A stretch of DNA of 64,000 bases from an uncultured Chromatiaceae bacterium. Its GTDB lineage: Bacteria; Pseudomonadota; Gammaproteobacteria; Enterobacterales; Alteromonadaceae. The stretch lies in assembly GCA_937978655.1 (NCBI GenBank), contig CALJUX010000012.1, forward strand, positions 3,438 to 67,437, written 5' to 3'. Shown here in pieces: positions 19,514 to 28,403 of this stretch. Both the position numbers and the translations under genes were made by a program. Below the pieces are notes generated by a model, which ran no database searches, was not told the DNA's origin, and worked only from the letters and a program-made list of their open reading frames with translations. Numbering within the stretch: position 1 is the first letter of the stretch; every line of letters starts with the position of its first letter.

Positions 19514-20262
19514 TAGGGCAGCACTGTGCCATCCCAATGCAGCAACGCGCCGTTTTGAGCCGGGGTTAAATCAGCGACCGTTGCAGCCAGTCGCTGAGCT
19601 GTCGCCGCAGGGCTTTGCAACTGGCCGGCCGGCAGATGACGCTGAAAGGGTTTGGACATCCCGGTGTCTGTGGTACCCGGATGTAACGCAACTAAAACGG
19701 CCTGCGGCAGCTGACGTTTCAGTTCAATGGCGGTGCCGCGTATCAGCATATTCAGTGCGGTTTTACTGGCGCGATAACTGTGCCAGCCACCGCTTTGGTT
19801 GTCACCGATACTGCCGACTTTCGCAGACAACCAGCATAATTTCACTTGTGGTGATCTGGTCAGCCAAGGCCAGATCGCTTGCAGCCACAAAGACGGCAAA
19901 ATTGTATTCACTTCAAAGGCCTGGCGTAAGTTGGCGGCGCTGAGATGACGCAGGCTTTTCTCTGGTTGTAGCTCTGCCTGATGCAGCAGCCCGAGACAAC
20001 AAAACACCAGGTCCACCGGCTGGCTGAACACTACGCCCAGCGCGTCTTGCAGCTGCGCGGAACTTTGCTCCAGCTGGTCGGGCTGATACAGATACTGGTG
20101 CAGACCCGGTTGTGATCCCTGTTGCGTCACAGGGGCCGCTATGGCAGGTTCAACCGCCAGTGCAGCACGGCTAAATACCGACACTGTTTCGCCGCGACTC
20201 AGATAATGCGTGGTTAGTGCCGCGCCAATCCCGCTATTTCCACCCAAAATAACCACATGCAT
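19510..20262 (-). CDS. short-chain dehydrogenase/reductase (SDR)
   Basis: VVILGGNSGIGAAL cofactor motif and YRASKTALN catalytic YxxxK. Confidence 0.75.
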   Translation of the reverse strand: MHVVILGGNSGIGAALTTHYLSRGETVSVFSRAALAVEPAIAAPVTQQGSQPGLHQYLYQPDQLEQSSAQLQDALGVVFSQPVDLVFCCLGLLHQAELQPEKSLRHLSAANLRQAFEVNTILPSLWLQAIWPWLTRSPQVKLCWLSAKVGSIGDNQSGGWHSYRASKTALNMLIRGTAIELKRQLPQAVLVALHPGTTDTGMSKPFQRHLPAGQLQSPAATAQRLAATVADLTPAQNGALLHWDGTVLPY

Positions 20263-20597
20263 CTGCAGACTCCTGTTGTTGCCTGCTTACAGGTACGCTG
20301 CAGCGCCTGCTCCGATCAGCGGTTTGGTGTCATGCTGCAGCTGACCGTCACCCAGGCGAAAAAAAATTCCACCGGATGCGACGGAAACACAACCACGGGC
20401 AGATAGCGGCAGATCGGAATAAAACTGAACTTTGTCAGCAGTATAGGGGAACCGTTGTCTGGCGGAGACTGAGTCCAGATGCAGAGTCTGTAAAGCTGGC
20501 GTGGCGCGACCTGCAGCGAAACTATGTGCTGCGCTTGGCGAATCGGCAGCCTTGACTATAGTAAAAAGGTTCAGGCAAACACCGCAGGAGGGATGCT

Positions 20598-20837
20598 ATG
20601 GCAACAATCTCGGAAAATGCATATCGGATGATTCGTTCACACGCGATTGATCCAGTTGAAGCAGAACAATTTTATCAGCAAGGTCTGGCGTATTTTGGCT
20701 CCGACGCATTGTTTGCGCAGTGGCTGACGAATGCCAACGCCTACACCATGGGGCAGGCGCCGATTAACGCGTTATCAGCGGAAAACGGCATTGCCTATCT
20801 GAGTAGTCTGATGCAGCGGATGCAGGACGAATACTGA
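20598..20837 (+). CDS. small protein resembling the Xre/MbcA/ParS antitoxin toxin-binding domain (DUF2384-like), solo
   Basis: LAYFGSDALFAQWLTNANAYTMGQAPINALSAENGIAYLSSLMQRM fits the A..FG...A..WL..N...G..P..L....G...L..L.R pattern. AGGAGG lies 7 nt upstream of the ATG. Confidence 0.45.
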   Translation: MATISENAYRMIRSHAIDPVEAEQFYQQGLAYFGSDALFAQWLTNANAYTMGQAPINALSAENGIAYLSSLMQRMQDEY

Positions 20838-20845
20838 CGCAACAA

Positions 20846-20875
20846 CAATAAAGGCGGCCGAAGCCGCCTTTATTG
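20846..20875. terminator. hairpin terminator between convergent genes
   Basis: 13-bp stem caataaaggcggc / gccgcctttattg with loop cgaa. Confidence 0.6.
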
Positions 20876-20933
20876 TCCCAACCAGTCCGGCCCTGACAGC
20901 CGGTTCCCAACCTGATGAGTGTAACCCGACGCC

Positions 20934-21497
20934 TTATGCGTACAAGCGATCGAAGATATTCAGGAACGTTGGGTGCCGTTCAATTTCCAGTGGTGGTAAG
21001 TGTAGCCGGCTGGCGATATCCCGGGCGCTGATCACACCACGGATCTGGTGATTTTCCAGATCAATCACCACACAAAATGCTTCGCCATTGTGCTGCAGAG
21101 TGTTCAGCACATCACCGACAGTACAGAACTGAATTTGCTGATATGACAGCGCAATCAGATTTTCCCGTGGCCGCATCAGATCCACCACCTGCAATTCACT
21201 GGCTTTCAGATCTTTACTGACATGCTGCATGATGTTCTGGTTTGACAGTTGCTCAGCACTGACCAGACCAATCATTTCACGGTTGGCATCAACCACCAGT
21301 TTAAATGAGCAATGCTCATGTTTCAGAATATCTAACGCTTCCAGTGCATTGGTTTCTGCGTCCAGAATTGCCGGTGCGCTGTGGCGGAAGTCATTGAAAA
21401 TCTGCAGCGCCGGTGATTTTAAGGTGGTGTCAGCGAATTCGGTTGGTTGAATCAAATGATCAATATGATCAACGGTATAAACGTTTAACTTTCTCAT
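20934..21497 (-). CDS. CBS-pair domain protein
   Basis: Two CBS-like repeats (KLVVDANREMIGLVSAEQL; CVVIDLENHQIRGVISARDIA). Confidence 0.6.
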   Translation of the reverse strand: MRKLNVYTVDHIDHLIQPTEFADTTLKSPALQIFNDFRHSAPAILDAETNALEALDILKHEHCSFKLVVDANREMIGLVSAEQLSNQNIMQHVSKDLKASELQVVDLMRPRENLIALSYQQIQFCTVGDVLNTLQHNGEAFCVVIDLENHQIRGVISARDIASRLHLPPLEIERHPTFLNIFDRLYA

Positions 21498-21584
21498 ATA
21501 TGCCTCGCAGGGACCCGCAGTGGCAGGCCCAATCTAATCTGGAATTAACAATGCATTGCTGTTTTCACAGCGGACAAAAACAGA

Positions 21585-21908
21585 TCAGGCGAAAGCAGGT
21601 GGTGCGCGCGGGGAGGTGGTGAATAAATCGGCTCGTTCTGGCAGCTGTTCCGCGGCGTAATCAGTGCAGCTGATGGCATGCAGGGCTGCGGCAACAGTGG
21701 TTGTCTGCAGCAATACCGGGTGTTTGGTTTCAGGATCTTTTGGCGCTTCAGCATCAGCAATCTTGGTAGTTTGCTGGCTGATGAGAGACTGACTATGGCT
21801 GAACTGCGCTTCCGTATTATCTGCCCACGCCTGTGATGCAGACCGGGTTTCCCCCGCCAACAGGACGCTCAGATAAAGGATAGCGAAAAACACATTCAGC
21901 AGACGCAT
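21585..21908 (-). CDS. hypothetical small secreted protein
   Basis: N-terminal signal-like MRLLNVFFAILYLSVLLAG; the rest is low complexity. Coding status uncertain. Confidence 0.3.
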   Translation of the reverse strand: MRLLNVFFAILYLSVLLAGETRSASQAWADNTEAQFSHSQSLISQQTTKIADAEAPKDPETKHPVLLQTTTVAAALHAISCTDYAAEQLPERADLFTTSPRAPPAFA

Positions 21909-21983
21909 AGGAATTTAATCTCTGACAGGCTCAACAGCAGAGCCTTACAGCGACTATAGCAGCGGCTGTTTTGAAAAGACAAT

Positions 21984-22025
21984 AAAAAAAATTGCCCAGT
22001 CTGACTGCAAAAGTCAATCAGACTG
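21984..22025 (-). terminator. rho-independent terminator of the cytochrome bd operon
   Basis: On the minus strand: cagtctga-13 nt-tcagactg, followed by ggcaattttttttatt. Confidence 0.6.
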
Positions 22026-22098
22026 AGTGGGTAAACCCTGATCCAGGTCAATAATCCGCGAGGTTTTACGGCGCGAAGTTGCCGGGAAATGCGCGCTT

Positions 22099-22272
22099 TT
22101 ACAGCAGTTTTATGCCGAATTTCAATAAGCTGGCGATAGCAAATATCGCCAGCAATCCGCCCAGATACAGCAGGAAAAACCAGTGATTTCCCGGACGTTG
22201 TAACCGCTGCCATTTGCGACGAATGGCAGTTTTGAGCGAAAAAATTTCAGCTGTACCGGCTGGTTTTGTCAT
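22099..22272 (-). CDS. small membrane protein downstream of cydB (DUF2474-like)
   Basis: 57 aa from MTKPAG..., with a basic stretch RRKWQRLQR followed by one TM helix WFFLLYLGGLLAIFAIASLL. It starts 1 nt after the cydB stop. The family assignment is from memory. Confidence 0.4.
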   Translation of the reverse strand: MTKPAGTAEIFSLKTAIRRKWQRLQRPGNHWFFLLYLGGLLAIFAIASLLKFGIKLL

Positions 22273-22273
22273 G

Positions 22274-23299
22274 TCAGTAGCCCTCACTGAAGTCTTCTAC
22301 CTTGCCGGCGAAGATGCGGTAACCCCAGCAGGTGTAAGCCAGGATCAAAGGCACAAAAATCAGCACGCCCGGCAGCATAAACTGCAGACTGGCCTGCGGT
22401 GCGACCGCTTGCAGATAACTGAGCCGGCCCGGCACAATGGCCGGAAACAGGCTGACTAACAGGCCGGCAAAACCCAATGCAAACAAGCTGGCGGCCAGCC
22501 AGAACGGCCGGTCTTCATGGCGGCTGTGTGGAATGGCGCCGGCTTTTAAGTGACGCTGCACCCGGCCTAAATCACGGTACAGCAGGCGGGCGGCCAGCAC
22601 CGATAACAACGGCAACGGCCACAACCAGAGGAAATGCCAGCCACCAAACCAGCGTTGCCAGATGTCGTCACTGCCCAGTGCCGTGGCCACACTGACCACC
22701 AGCATCGCCAGCATCAGCACCCACACCAGGCGACGGCCATAGCGCGCCGCGCGCTGTTGGCGCTCGTCGCGGCATTTCATCACCAGATAAGTGCAGGCGA
22801 GCAGGGCATAACCGGCCAGCAAGGCAAAACCGGTAAATACCGTGAAAGGTGTCAGTAAATCCAGCGGCGAGGCTGACACCAACGGTGTCCCGCCAATCAA
22901 CACACCGAGCATCAGGCCCTGACAAAAGGCCGCCACTGTGGAGCCGATAGCAAAAGCCCGGTTCCACCAGCGTTTGGAGGTTGTTGATTTAAATCGGTAT
23001 TCAAAAGCCACACCACGGAAAATCAGCCCTATCAGCATCAACATAATGGGTGCATACAAAGCCGAAGTCAGACCGGCATAGGCCGCCGGAAAAGCGCCGA
23101 ATAAAATCACGCCACCAAACACCAGCCAGGTTTCGTTGCCGTCCCAGACGTGGGAAATCGACCGCATCAGCTGGTCTTTGTCGGCTTCGTCGCGAAACCA
23201 GGGGTATAAAATGCCAATGCCGAGGTCAAAGCCATCCAGCAACACGTACATCAGGATGGCAAAACCCAGCAACAGAAAATAAAACAGTGGTAAATCCAT
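22274..23299 (-). CDS. cydB: cytochrome bd-type ubiquinol oxidase subunit II
   Basis: MDLPLFYFLLLGFAILMYVLLDGFDLGIGILYP is the canonical CydB/CioB N-terminus; 341 aa. Confidence 0.9.
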   Translation of the reverse strand: MDLPLFYFLLLGFAILMYVLLDGFDLGIGILYPWFRDEADKDQLMRSISHVWDGNETWLVFGGVILFGAFPAAYAGLTSALYAPIMLMLIGLIFRGVAFEYRFKSTTSKRWWNRAFAIGSTVAAFCQGLMLGVLIGGTPLVSASPLDLLTPFTVFTGFALLAGYALLACTYLVMKCRDERQQRAARYGRRLVWVLMLAMLVVSVATALGSDDIWQRWFGGWHFLWLWPLPLLSVLAARLLYRDLGRVQRHLKAGAIPHSRHEDRPFWLAASLFALGFAGLLVSLFPAIVPGRLSYLQAVAPQASLQFMLPGVLIFVPLILAYTCWGYRIFAGKVEDFSEGY

Positions 23300-24723
23300 T
23301 ATTTGGCTCCTTCGGTCTGCGTGGTGTCAGTGCCGTGCAGGGTCTTGGTCAGCGCCAGCGCATACCCTGAGGCTTCGACACCAATCAGGTGATGTTGTAA
23401 GTCTGCCAGCGGCGGCGGGCCTTTTTTGATCAGCTTGCGGAAAAAATACAGATAGACGCCAAACAGCAGGCTGTAAGTCAGTACAAACAGAGTCAGCGAC
23501 AAGGCCACCCGTTCCGGCGGCAGCGGCGACACCACTTCGCTGGTGCGGACCAGGCCATAGACAATCCAGGGCTGGCGGCCCACTTCCACCACATACCAGC
23601 CGGCCAGCACGGAAATAACCCCGGTCGGCGCCATCAGACTGCACAGCCACAAAAACAGTGGTTGCTGATACAGCGCGTCGCGCCGGCGCAGCCACAGGCC
23701 CCACAGTGCCAGCACTATCATCAGGACCCCCAGGCCCACCATGATACGGAAAGAGAAAAATACCAGCGTCACATTGGGTCTGTCAGCTTTTGGCACCGAT
23801 TGCAGACCGGTCAGTTCGCCGTGCCAGTCATGCGTCAGGATCAGACTGGCCATGCCCGGAATGGCCAGTTCAAAATGGTTTTTTTCCTGCACCGGGTCTG
23901 GAATCGCGAACAATAACAGCGGCACATGCTGTTCGCGTGCCGGCCAGATGCCTTCCATTGCTGCGACTTTCACCGGCTGATGCTCTTTCACGTTCAGGCC
24001 ATGCAAATCACCGACAAAAGCCTGCAACGGCGCAAAAATTAATAACCACCACAGCGAAAACGACAGGCCTTTGCGCGCAAAGGCGATATGTTCCTTGCGG
24101 CGTAAATACCAGGCCGAAGTTGCCATCACCACTAAGCCGGCGGTCAGCATAGTGGCGAGCAACATATGCACCAGCCGGTAAGGCATCGAGGGGTTAAAAA
24201 TCACTTCCAGCCAGCTTTCGACGACAAATTTACCGTCGACGATGGCGTGACCAGCCGGAGTTTGCATCCAGCTGTTGGCAGCAATGATCCAGAACGCCGA
24301 GATCCAGGTACCGACTGCGACAGTGCAAGTGGCGAAAAAATGCAGCCGCGCGCTGACGCGCTGCCAGCCGAACAGCATCACACCGAGGAAACCAGCTTCG
24401 AGGAAAAACGCCGTCAGCACTTCATAGGCCATCAAAGGCCCGAGCACAGCGCCGGTCAGCTCAGAAAACTTCGAGAAGTTAGTGCCAAATTCATACGACA
24501 ACACAATGCCGGACACCACACCCATACCAAAAGTAATGGCAAAGGGTTTGATCCAGAATTTGGCCAGTTGCAGGTACAGCGGGTTGCGGGTTTTTAGCCA
24601 CAGGCCTTCCCAAATGGCAATCAGTGTTGCCATGCCGATAGTGATGGACGGGAAAATGATGTGGAAGCTGACCGTAAAGGCAAATTGCAGGCGGGACAGA
24701 ATCGCTGAATCCAGTTCCATCAT
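23299..24723 (-). CDS. cydA: cytochrome bd-type ubiquinol oxidase subunit I, short Q-loop (CIO-like)
   Basis: LSRLQFAFTVSFHIIFPSITIG..., GWYVVEVGRQPW. 474 aa from ATG 24723, shorter than the ~520-aa long-Q-loop E. coli type. AGGAG lies 6 nt upstream. Confidence 0.9.
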   Translation of the reverse strand: MMELDSAILSRLQFAFTVSFHIIFPSITIGMATLIAIWEGLWLKTRNPLYLQLAKFWIKPFAITFGMGVVSGIVLSYEFGTNFSKFSELTGAVLGPLMAYEVLTAFFLEAGFLGVMLFGWQRVSARLHFFATCTVAVGTWISAFWIIAANSWMQTPAGHAIVDGKFVVESWLEVIFNPSMPYRLVHMLLATMLTAGLVVMATSAWYLRRKEHIAFARKGLSFSLWWLLIFAPLQAFVGDLHGLNVKEHQPVKVAAMEGIWPAREQHVPLLLFAIPDPVQEKNHFELAIPGMASLILTHDWHGELTGLQSVPKADRPNVTLVFFSFRIMVGLGVLMIVLALWGLWLRRRDALYQQPLFLWLCSLMAPTGVISVLAGWYVVEVGRQPWIVYGLVRTSEVVSPLPPERVALSLTLFVLTYSLLFGVYLYFFRKLIKKGPPPLADLQHHLIGVEASGYALALTKTLHGTDTTQTEGAK

Positions 24724-24824
24724 GACTGACTCCTGCGCGCTGTCGCAAACCACCACAGCGGAGTTAACCCCAGCGCAATTGCCAGAATAAAGCCAACTTC
24801 AGTTAACAAGACTGACCACAACAT
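24720..24824 (-). CDS. candidate 34-aa single-TM mini-protein translationally coupled to cydA
   Basis: MLWSVLLTEVGFILAIALGLTPLWWFATARRSQS. AGGAG lies 7 nt upstream of its ATG. Its TGA overlaps the cydA ATG (ATGA). Confidence 0.35.
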   Translation of the reverse strand: MLWSVLLTEVGFILAIALGLTPLWWFATARRSQS

Positions 24825-24907
24825 CGACGCACTCCTGTGTGCAGTTATCAAAAGCGATGCCAGTCGGATGCGATTGTCAGGCCAATCTGGCTGAAAGCTA
24901 CAAAACA

Positions 24908-24921
24908 TTGATCTATATCAA
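24908..24921. promoter_or_regulatory. FNR/ANR(CRP-family)-type box TTGAT-N4-ATCAA
   Basis: ttgatctatatcaa is a perfect match to TTGAT-N4-ATCAA. It lies in the divergent region between the cyd operon (-) and the histidine kinase gene (+). Confidence 0.5.
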
Positions 24922-25008
24922 TAAATGAGATGTTGCTTGAGGTGGGTGACAAGCTGGTTTACGCTGTAAATAAGATAAAGTGTTAACGACGTTTACAGTG
25001 CAGGGCCC

Positions 25009-26934
25009 ATGATGGATTTAGCAGTGTTATTTGAAACCATGTTGCTGCTGACCAGCCTCAGCGCCTTGTGGACCGGGCTTTGGCTGTGGTGGCATGCGCG
25101 TTTTCAGCCGGTGTTAAAACCGCTGGCCGGTTTTTGCGCCATGATGGCGGCCTGGTGTGGCGGTCATCTGGCCTTGCAGCATGATCTGTTGTTACCCGGT
25201 AAAGCGCTGATCCTGGCCAACCCGCTGATGCCGGCGTTTTTCCTGCAATTTGCGCTGGCTTATGTCTGCAGCACAACGTCGCGGCCGCAGTTGCGCTGGA
25301 TTGAGTGGCTCAGACAGTATCAGGCCTGGTGGTTACTGGCGTCGGTGCTGGTGGTGTTGCTGAGCTGGTCGCAGCCATCGGCCCGGGTGCAGGCGTTGTA
25401 CGGCATGCCGGTGTTTTTCCTGTTTGATGGTTTTGGCTGGCTGAATCTGGGTTACACGGTCGGGTTGGGCGTACTGGCGCACTGGGTGTTGTGGCGGGGC
25501 CGGCATGCGCATGCAGGCAATAAACGCCACTCGATTGTGGCTATTTCAATGACGGCGGGTTTGGGTTTGTTGCTGGCAACCAGCTTTGTGTTTCCGTCTT
25601 TAGGCCTGAACTGGTATCCGTGGCCGATGCTGGTATTACCTTTGTATCTGGTACTGCTGGTGTACAGCGTGGTGCGATATCAGATGCTGGCGGTGAATGC
25701 CTTTGCCAGCCGGGCGTTGGTCTATCTGGTGATGGGCGTGTTGCTGCTGCTGTTGATGGCCTTAATGAGTTCATTGTTTGGCCAGTTGGGGATGCCGGCG
25801 CTGACCACAGTACCGGGCTGGCAACTGTGGTCTTATTCCAGTTTGCTGCTTTTATTGGCCGCGGCGGCCTATCGCCCGGCCAGCCGGCTGGCGGAGCGGC
25901 TGATATTCCCCGGCGTGCAGCTCAGCGAAACGATGGTCAGCCGCTGGCAGCAGCAGCTGGCGCAAGCCGGTGACTGGCAGCAGCTGGCCACTCTGGCCGC
26001 CGCGCTGATCCGTCAGCCGCTGAAGCAGCCGCTGCAAATTTGTCTGCGCCAACAGCAGCAGGTCCTGGCCCAAAGCCAGGAGCCCAGCAGTCTGCAGTTG
26101 CTGGTTAGTCTGACTGCGGTCACCGACCAGACTGAACCCCACTGGACTTATGTGATCCGCGGCGAACAAGGCCTGACCCCGACACTGAAACTGACCGCCG
26201 AAGTGTTTGGCACTTTGCTGCTCAGCAGCTGTGCCCGGTTACAATCGGCGCTGGCACTGGCCGAAGCACAAAAACAACAACTGGCGCAGCAACATCTGGT
26301 CGAACTGGGCGCGCTGGCGGCAGCGATGGCACATGAGCTGCGTAACCCGCTGAATATTATTTCGATGGCCTCGGCCGGGGTCGATGCCGAGCTGCGCGGC
26401 CATATTCAGACACAACTGAAACGCGCCGACCGGTTGATCGCCGACATGCTGGTCTACGCCGGCCGGCTGCAGCTGCAAATCAGCCAGTTCCCGCTGCAAC
26501 CGCTGGCGCAAAGCCTGTTGTTGCAGGCGCCGGCGACGGTGCGCACCGAGCTGTCGGTTGCAGATGGCTTGCAACTGCAGGCCGATCCTTACCGGGTGCA
26601 ACAAGTGCTGCAGAACCTGTTTGATAATGCCTTCGCATTTTTGCGCAACCAGCCTGAGGCTTGTCTGCGGCTGGAAGCGGAGGACCTTGGCACTGAAGTG
26701 TGCATTCGGGTCTGCAATAACGGCCCGGCGCTGGATGCGTCGTTGCTGGATGGTCAGCTGTTCCGGCCTTTTGTCAGTAAAAGAGCGGGTGGCAGCGGCC
26801 TTGGCCTTGCGATTGTCGCCCGGATCATGCAGGCGCATCAGGGCCGTATTGTGCACCGGGCCGACCCGCACTGGCCGGTGTGTTTTGACCTGTTTTTCCC
26901 GACATTCCTGCCGTCTTCCGGAGAGATACGCTGA
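25009..26934 (+). CDS. sensor histidine kinase with large polytopic N-terminal domain (PrsK-like architecture)
   Basis: About 290 aa of multiple TM helices. H-box AAAMAHELRNPL, N-box LQNLFDNAFAF, G-box GSGLGLAIV. Its stop overlaps the start of the response regulator. Confidence 0.85.
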   Translation: MMDLAVLFETMLLLTSLSALWTGLWLWWHARFQPVLKPLAGFCAMMAAWCGGHLALQHDLLLPGKALILANPLMPAFFLQFALAYVCSTTSRPQLRWIEWLRQYQAWWLLASVLVVLLSWSQPSARVQALYGMPVFFLFDGFGWLNLGYTVGLGVLAHWVLWRGRHAHAGNKRHSIVAISMTAGLGLLLATSFVFPSLGLNWYPWPMLVLPLYLVLLVYSVVRYQMLAVNAFASRALVYLVMGVLLLLLMALMSSLFGQLGMPALTTVPGWQLWSYSSLLLLLAAAAYRPASRLAERLIFPGVQLSETMVSRWQQQLAQAGDWQQLATLAAALIRQPLKQPLQICLRQQQQVLAQSQEPSSLQLLVSLTAVTDQTEPHWTYVIRGEQGLTPTLKLTAEVFGTLLLSSCARLQSALALAEAQKQQLAQQHLVELGALAAAMAHELRNPLNIISMASAGVDAELRGHIQTQLKRADRLIADMLVYAGRLQLQISQFPLQPLAQSLLLQAPATVRTELSVADGLQLQADPYRVQQVLQNLFDNAFAFLRNQPEACLRLEAEDLGTEVCIRVCNNGPALDASLLDGQLFRPFVSKRAGGSGLGLAIVARIMQAHQGRIVHRADPHWPVCFDLFFPTFLPSSGEIR

Positions 26935-28343
26935 TGAGCGCTGCATTTTCCCTTGATAACTTTCGTGTCCCCAAAGTGCTGCTGGTCGATGACGAGCCGG
27001 CGTTTCGCCTGCTGGCCGAGCGGTTTTTACAGCAGCAGGGCCATCAGGTGTTGCTGGCTGCAGATTTGGCGCAGGCGCGCACGCTGCTGGCGCAGCAGCA
27101 GGTGGATTTGATCCTGCTGGATCTGTCGTTGCCACCGGCTTTTGATCCGCAGGCAACACTGCAAGCCTTGCCGGAGCTGGCCGGGCCGCCGGTGATTATT
27201 CTGACCGGCCATGCCGAACGGGAACTGGCGCTGCAGGCGATAAGCCTCGGCGCCTGGGATTTTCTCGCCAAGCCGATAGATCCGGATTTGCTGGCGGTGG
27301 TGGTGAAACGCGCCATCAGTAAACATTTGCTGGAACAGGAGCTGCACAGCCTGCGCCGGGGGGCCGGTGCTGCACAGGGCCTGCAGCAGCTGGTCGGGGT
27401 GTCGCCGGCGCTGCGCAACATCCGGACGCTGATTGAACGGATTGCCCCAACCGACGTGCGGGTACTGGTGACGGGACCGTCCGGTACCGGCAAAGAAGTA
27501 GTGTCCAAAGCGTTGCATCAGCTCAGCCTGCGCAGCCGTGGGCCTTTTGTCTCGGTGCATTGTGGCGCCATTCCGGCCGAATTGCTGGAAAGTGAATTGT
27601 TTGGTTATGTCCGCGGTGCTTTTACCGGCGCCGATAAAGACCGGCAAGGGTTGCTCAGCATGGCCGATGGCGGCACGCTGTTTCTCGATGAGATTGGCGA
27701 GATGCCGTTGCCGATGCAGGTGAAATTGCTGCGGGTGTTGCAGGAAGGCACTTTTTACCCGGTCGGCGGCCGGGAGCAGAAAAAAATCGATATCCGGCTG
27801 GTGTCAGCCACCAATGCCCAATTACCGGAGCTGGTGAAACAAGGCCGTTTTCGTGAAGACCTGTATTACCGGATCAAAGGCATCACACTGGAAACGCCGG
27901 CGCTGGATGATCGGCGCGAAGACGTGCCTTTGCTTATTCAGCACTTTTTGCAGCAAATCGCCGCAAAATCAGCACATAACGTCCAGCTGGCGGCGCCGGC
28001 ACTGCAATGGTTTTTACAACGCAGCTGGCCGGGAAATGTGCGGGAGCTGCGCAACACGCTGGAGAGTGTGGTGGCGATCGCCCAACACGGTGTGGTGCAG
28101 CTGGCCGATATTCAGCTGTTGCATCTGGAAAGCAGCGATACGCCCGACCCGGCGCTGTCTTTACCAGCGGGCGGTTCGCTGGATGAGCAGGTGCGCCAGC
28201 TGGAGATCCATTTATTAAGCGAAGCCCTGACCACACATCAGGGCAATCGCAGCCAGGCGGCGCGTCAGCTGGGTTTGTCACGTCAGGGCTTACTGAAAAA
28301 AATTGAACGTTATGGCCTGCAGCAGATGGGACAAACCGACTGA
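26934..28343 (+). CDS. sigma-54-dependent response regulator (NtrC family; PrsR-like)
   Basis: Receiver ([21 protein letters not shown]); AAA+ ([30 protein letters not shown]); C-terminal [24 protein letters not shown]. Confidence 0.9.
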   Translation: MSAAFSLDNFRVPKVLLVDDEPAFRLLAERFLQQQGHQVLLAADLAQARTLLAQQQVDLILLDLSLPPAFDPQATLQALPELAGPPVIILTGHAERELALQAISLGAWDFLAKPIDPDLLAVVVKRAISKHLLEQELHSLRRGAGAAQGLQQLVGVSPALRNIRTLIERIAPTDVRVLVTGPSGTGKEVVSKALHQLSLRSRGPFVSVHCGAIPAELLESELFGYVRGAFTGADKDRQGLLSMADGGTLFLDEIGEMPLPMQVKLLRVLQEGTFYPVGGREQKKIDIRLVSATNAQLPELVKQGRFREDLYYRIKGITLETPALDDRREDVPLLIQHFLQQIAAKSAHNVQLAAPALQWFLQRSWPGNVRELRNTLESVVAIAQHGVVQLADIQLLHLESSDTPDPALSLPAGGSLDEQVRQLEIHLLSEALTTHQGNRSQAARQLGLSRQGLLKKIERYGLQQMGQTD

Positions 28344-28403
28344 ACGTGGTTTTTTGCCTATGCTTAATCAAGAGGAAGCAGACACAGTAGCGGGTGTGTC
28401 GTG

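Noticed and set aside
24981-24997. Imperfect palindrome TGTTAACG-A-CGTTTACA containing the E. coli galOE-like half-site TGTAAACG, 12 nt upstream of the histidine kinase start.
   Set aside because: It has odd (17-bp) spacing with an extra central base, has no link to sugar genes, and differs from the GGAAAACGTTTTCC site at the gal locus. It may be a binding site, but the evidence is too thin.
26239-27159. Long antisense ORFs opposite well-supported genes, for example 26239-27159 (306 aa), 27027-27647, 36830-37429, 10607-11179, 8387-8944, 46227-46718 and 43232-43477.
   Set aside because: These are shadow ORFs. They are R/Q/P/A-rich low-complexity translations, lack an RBS, and each lies fully inside a gene with clear family motifs on the other strand.
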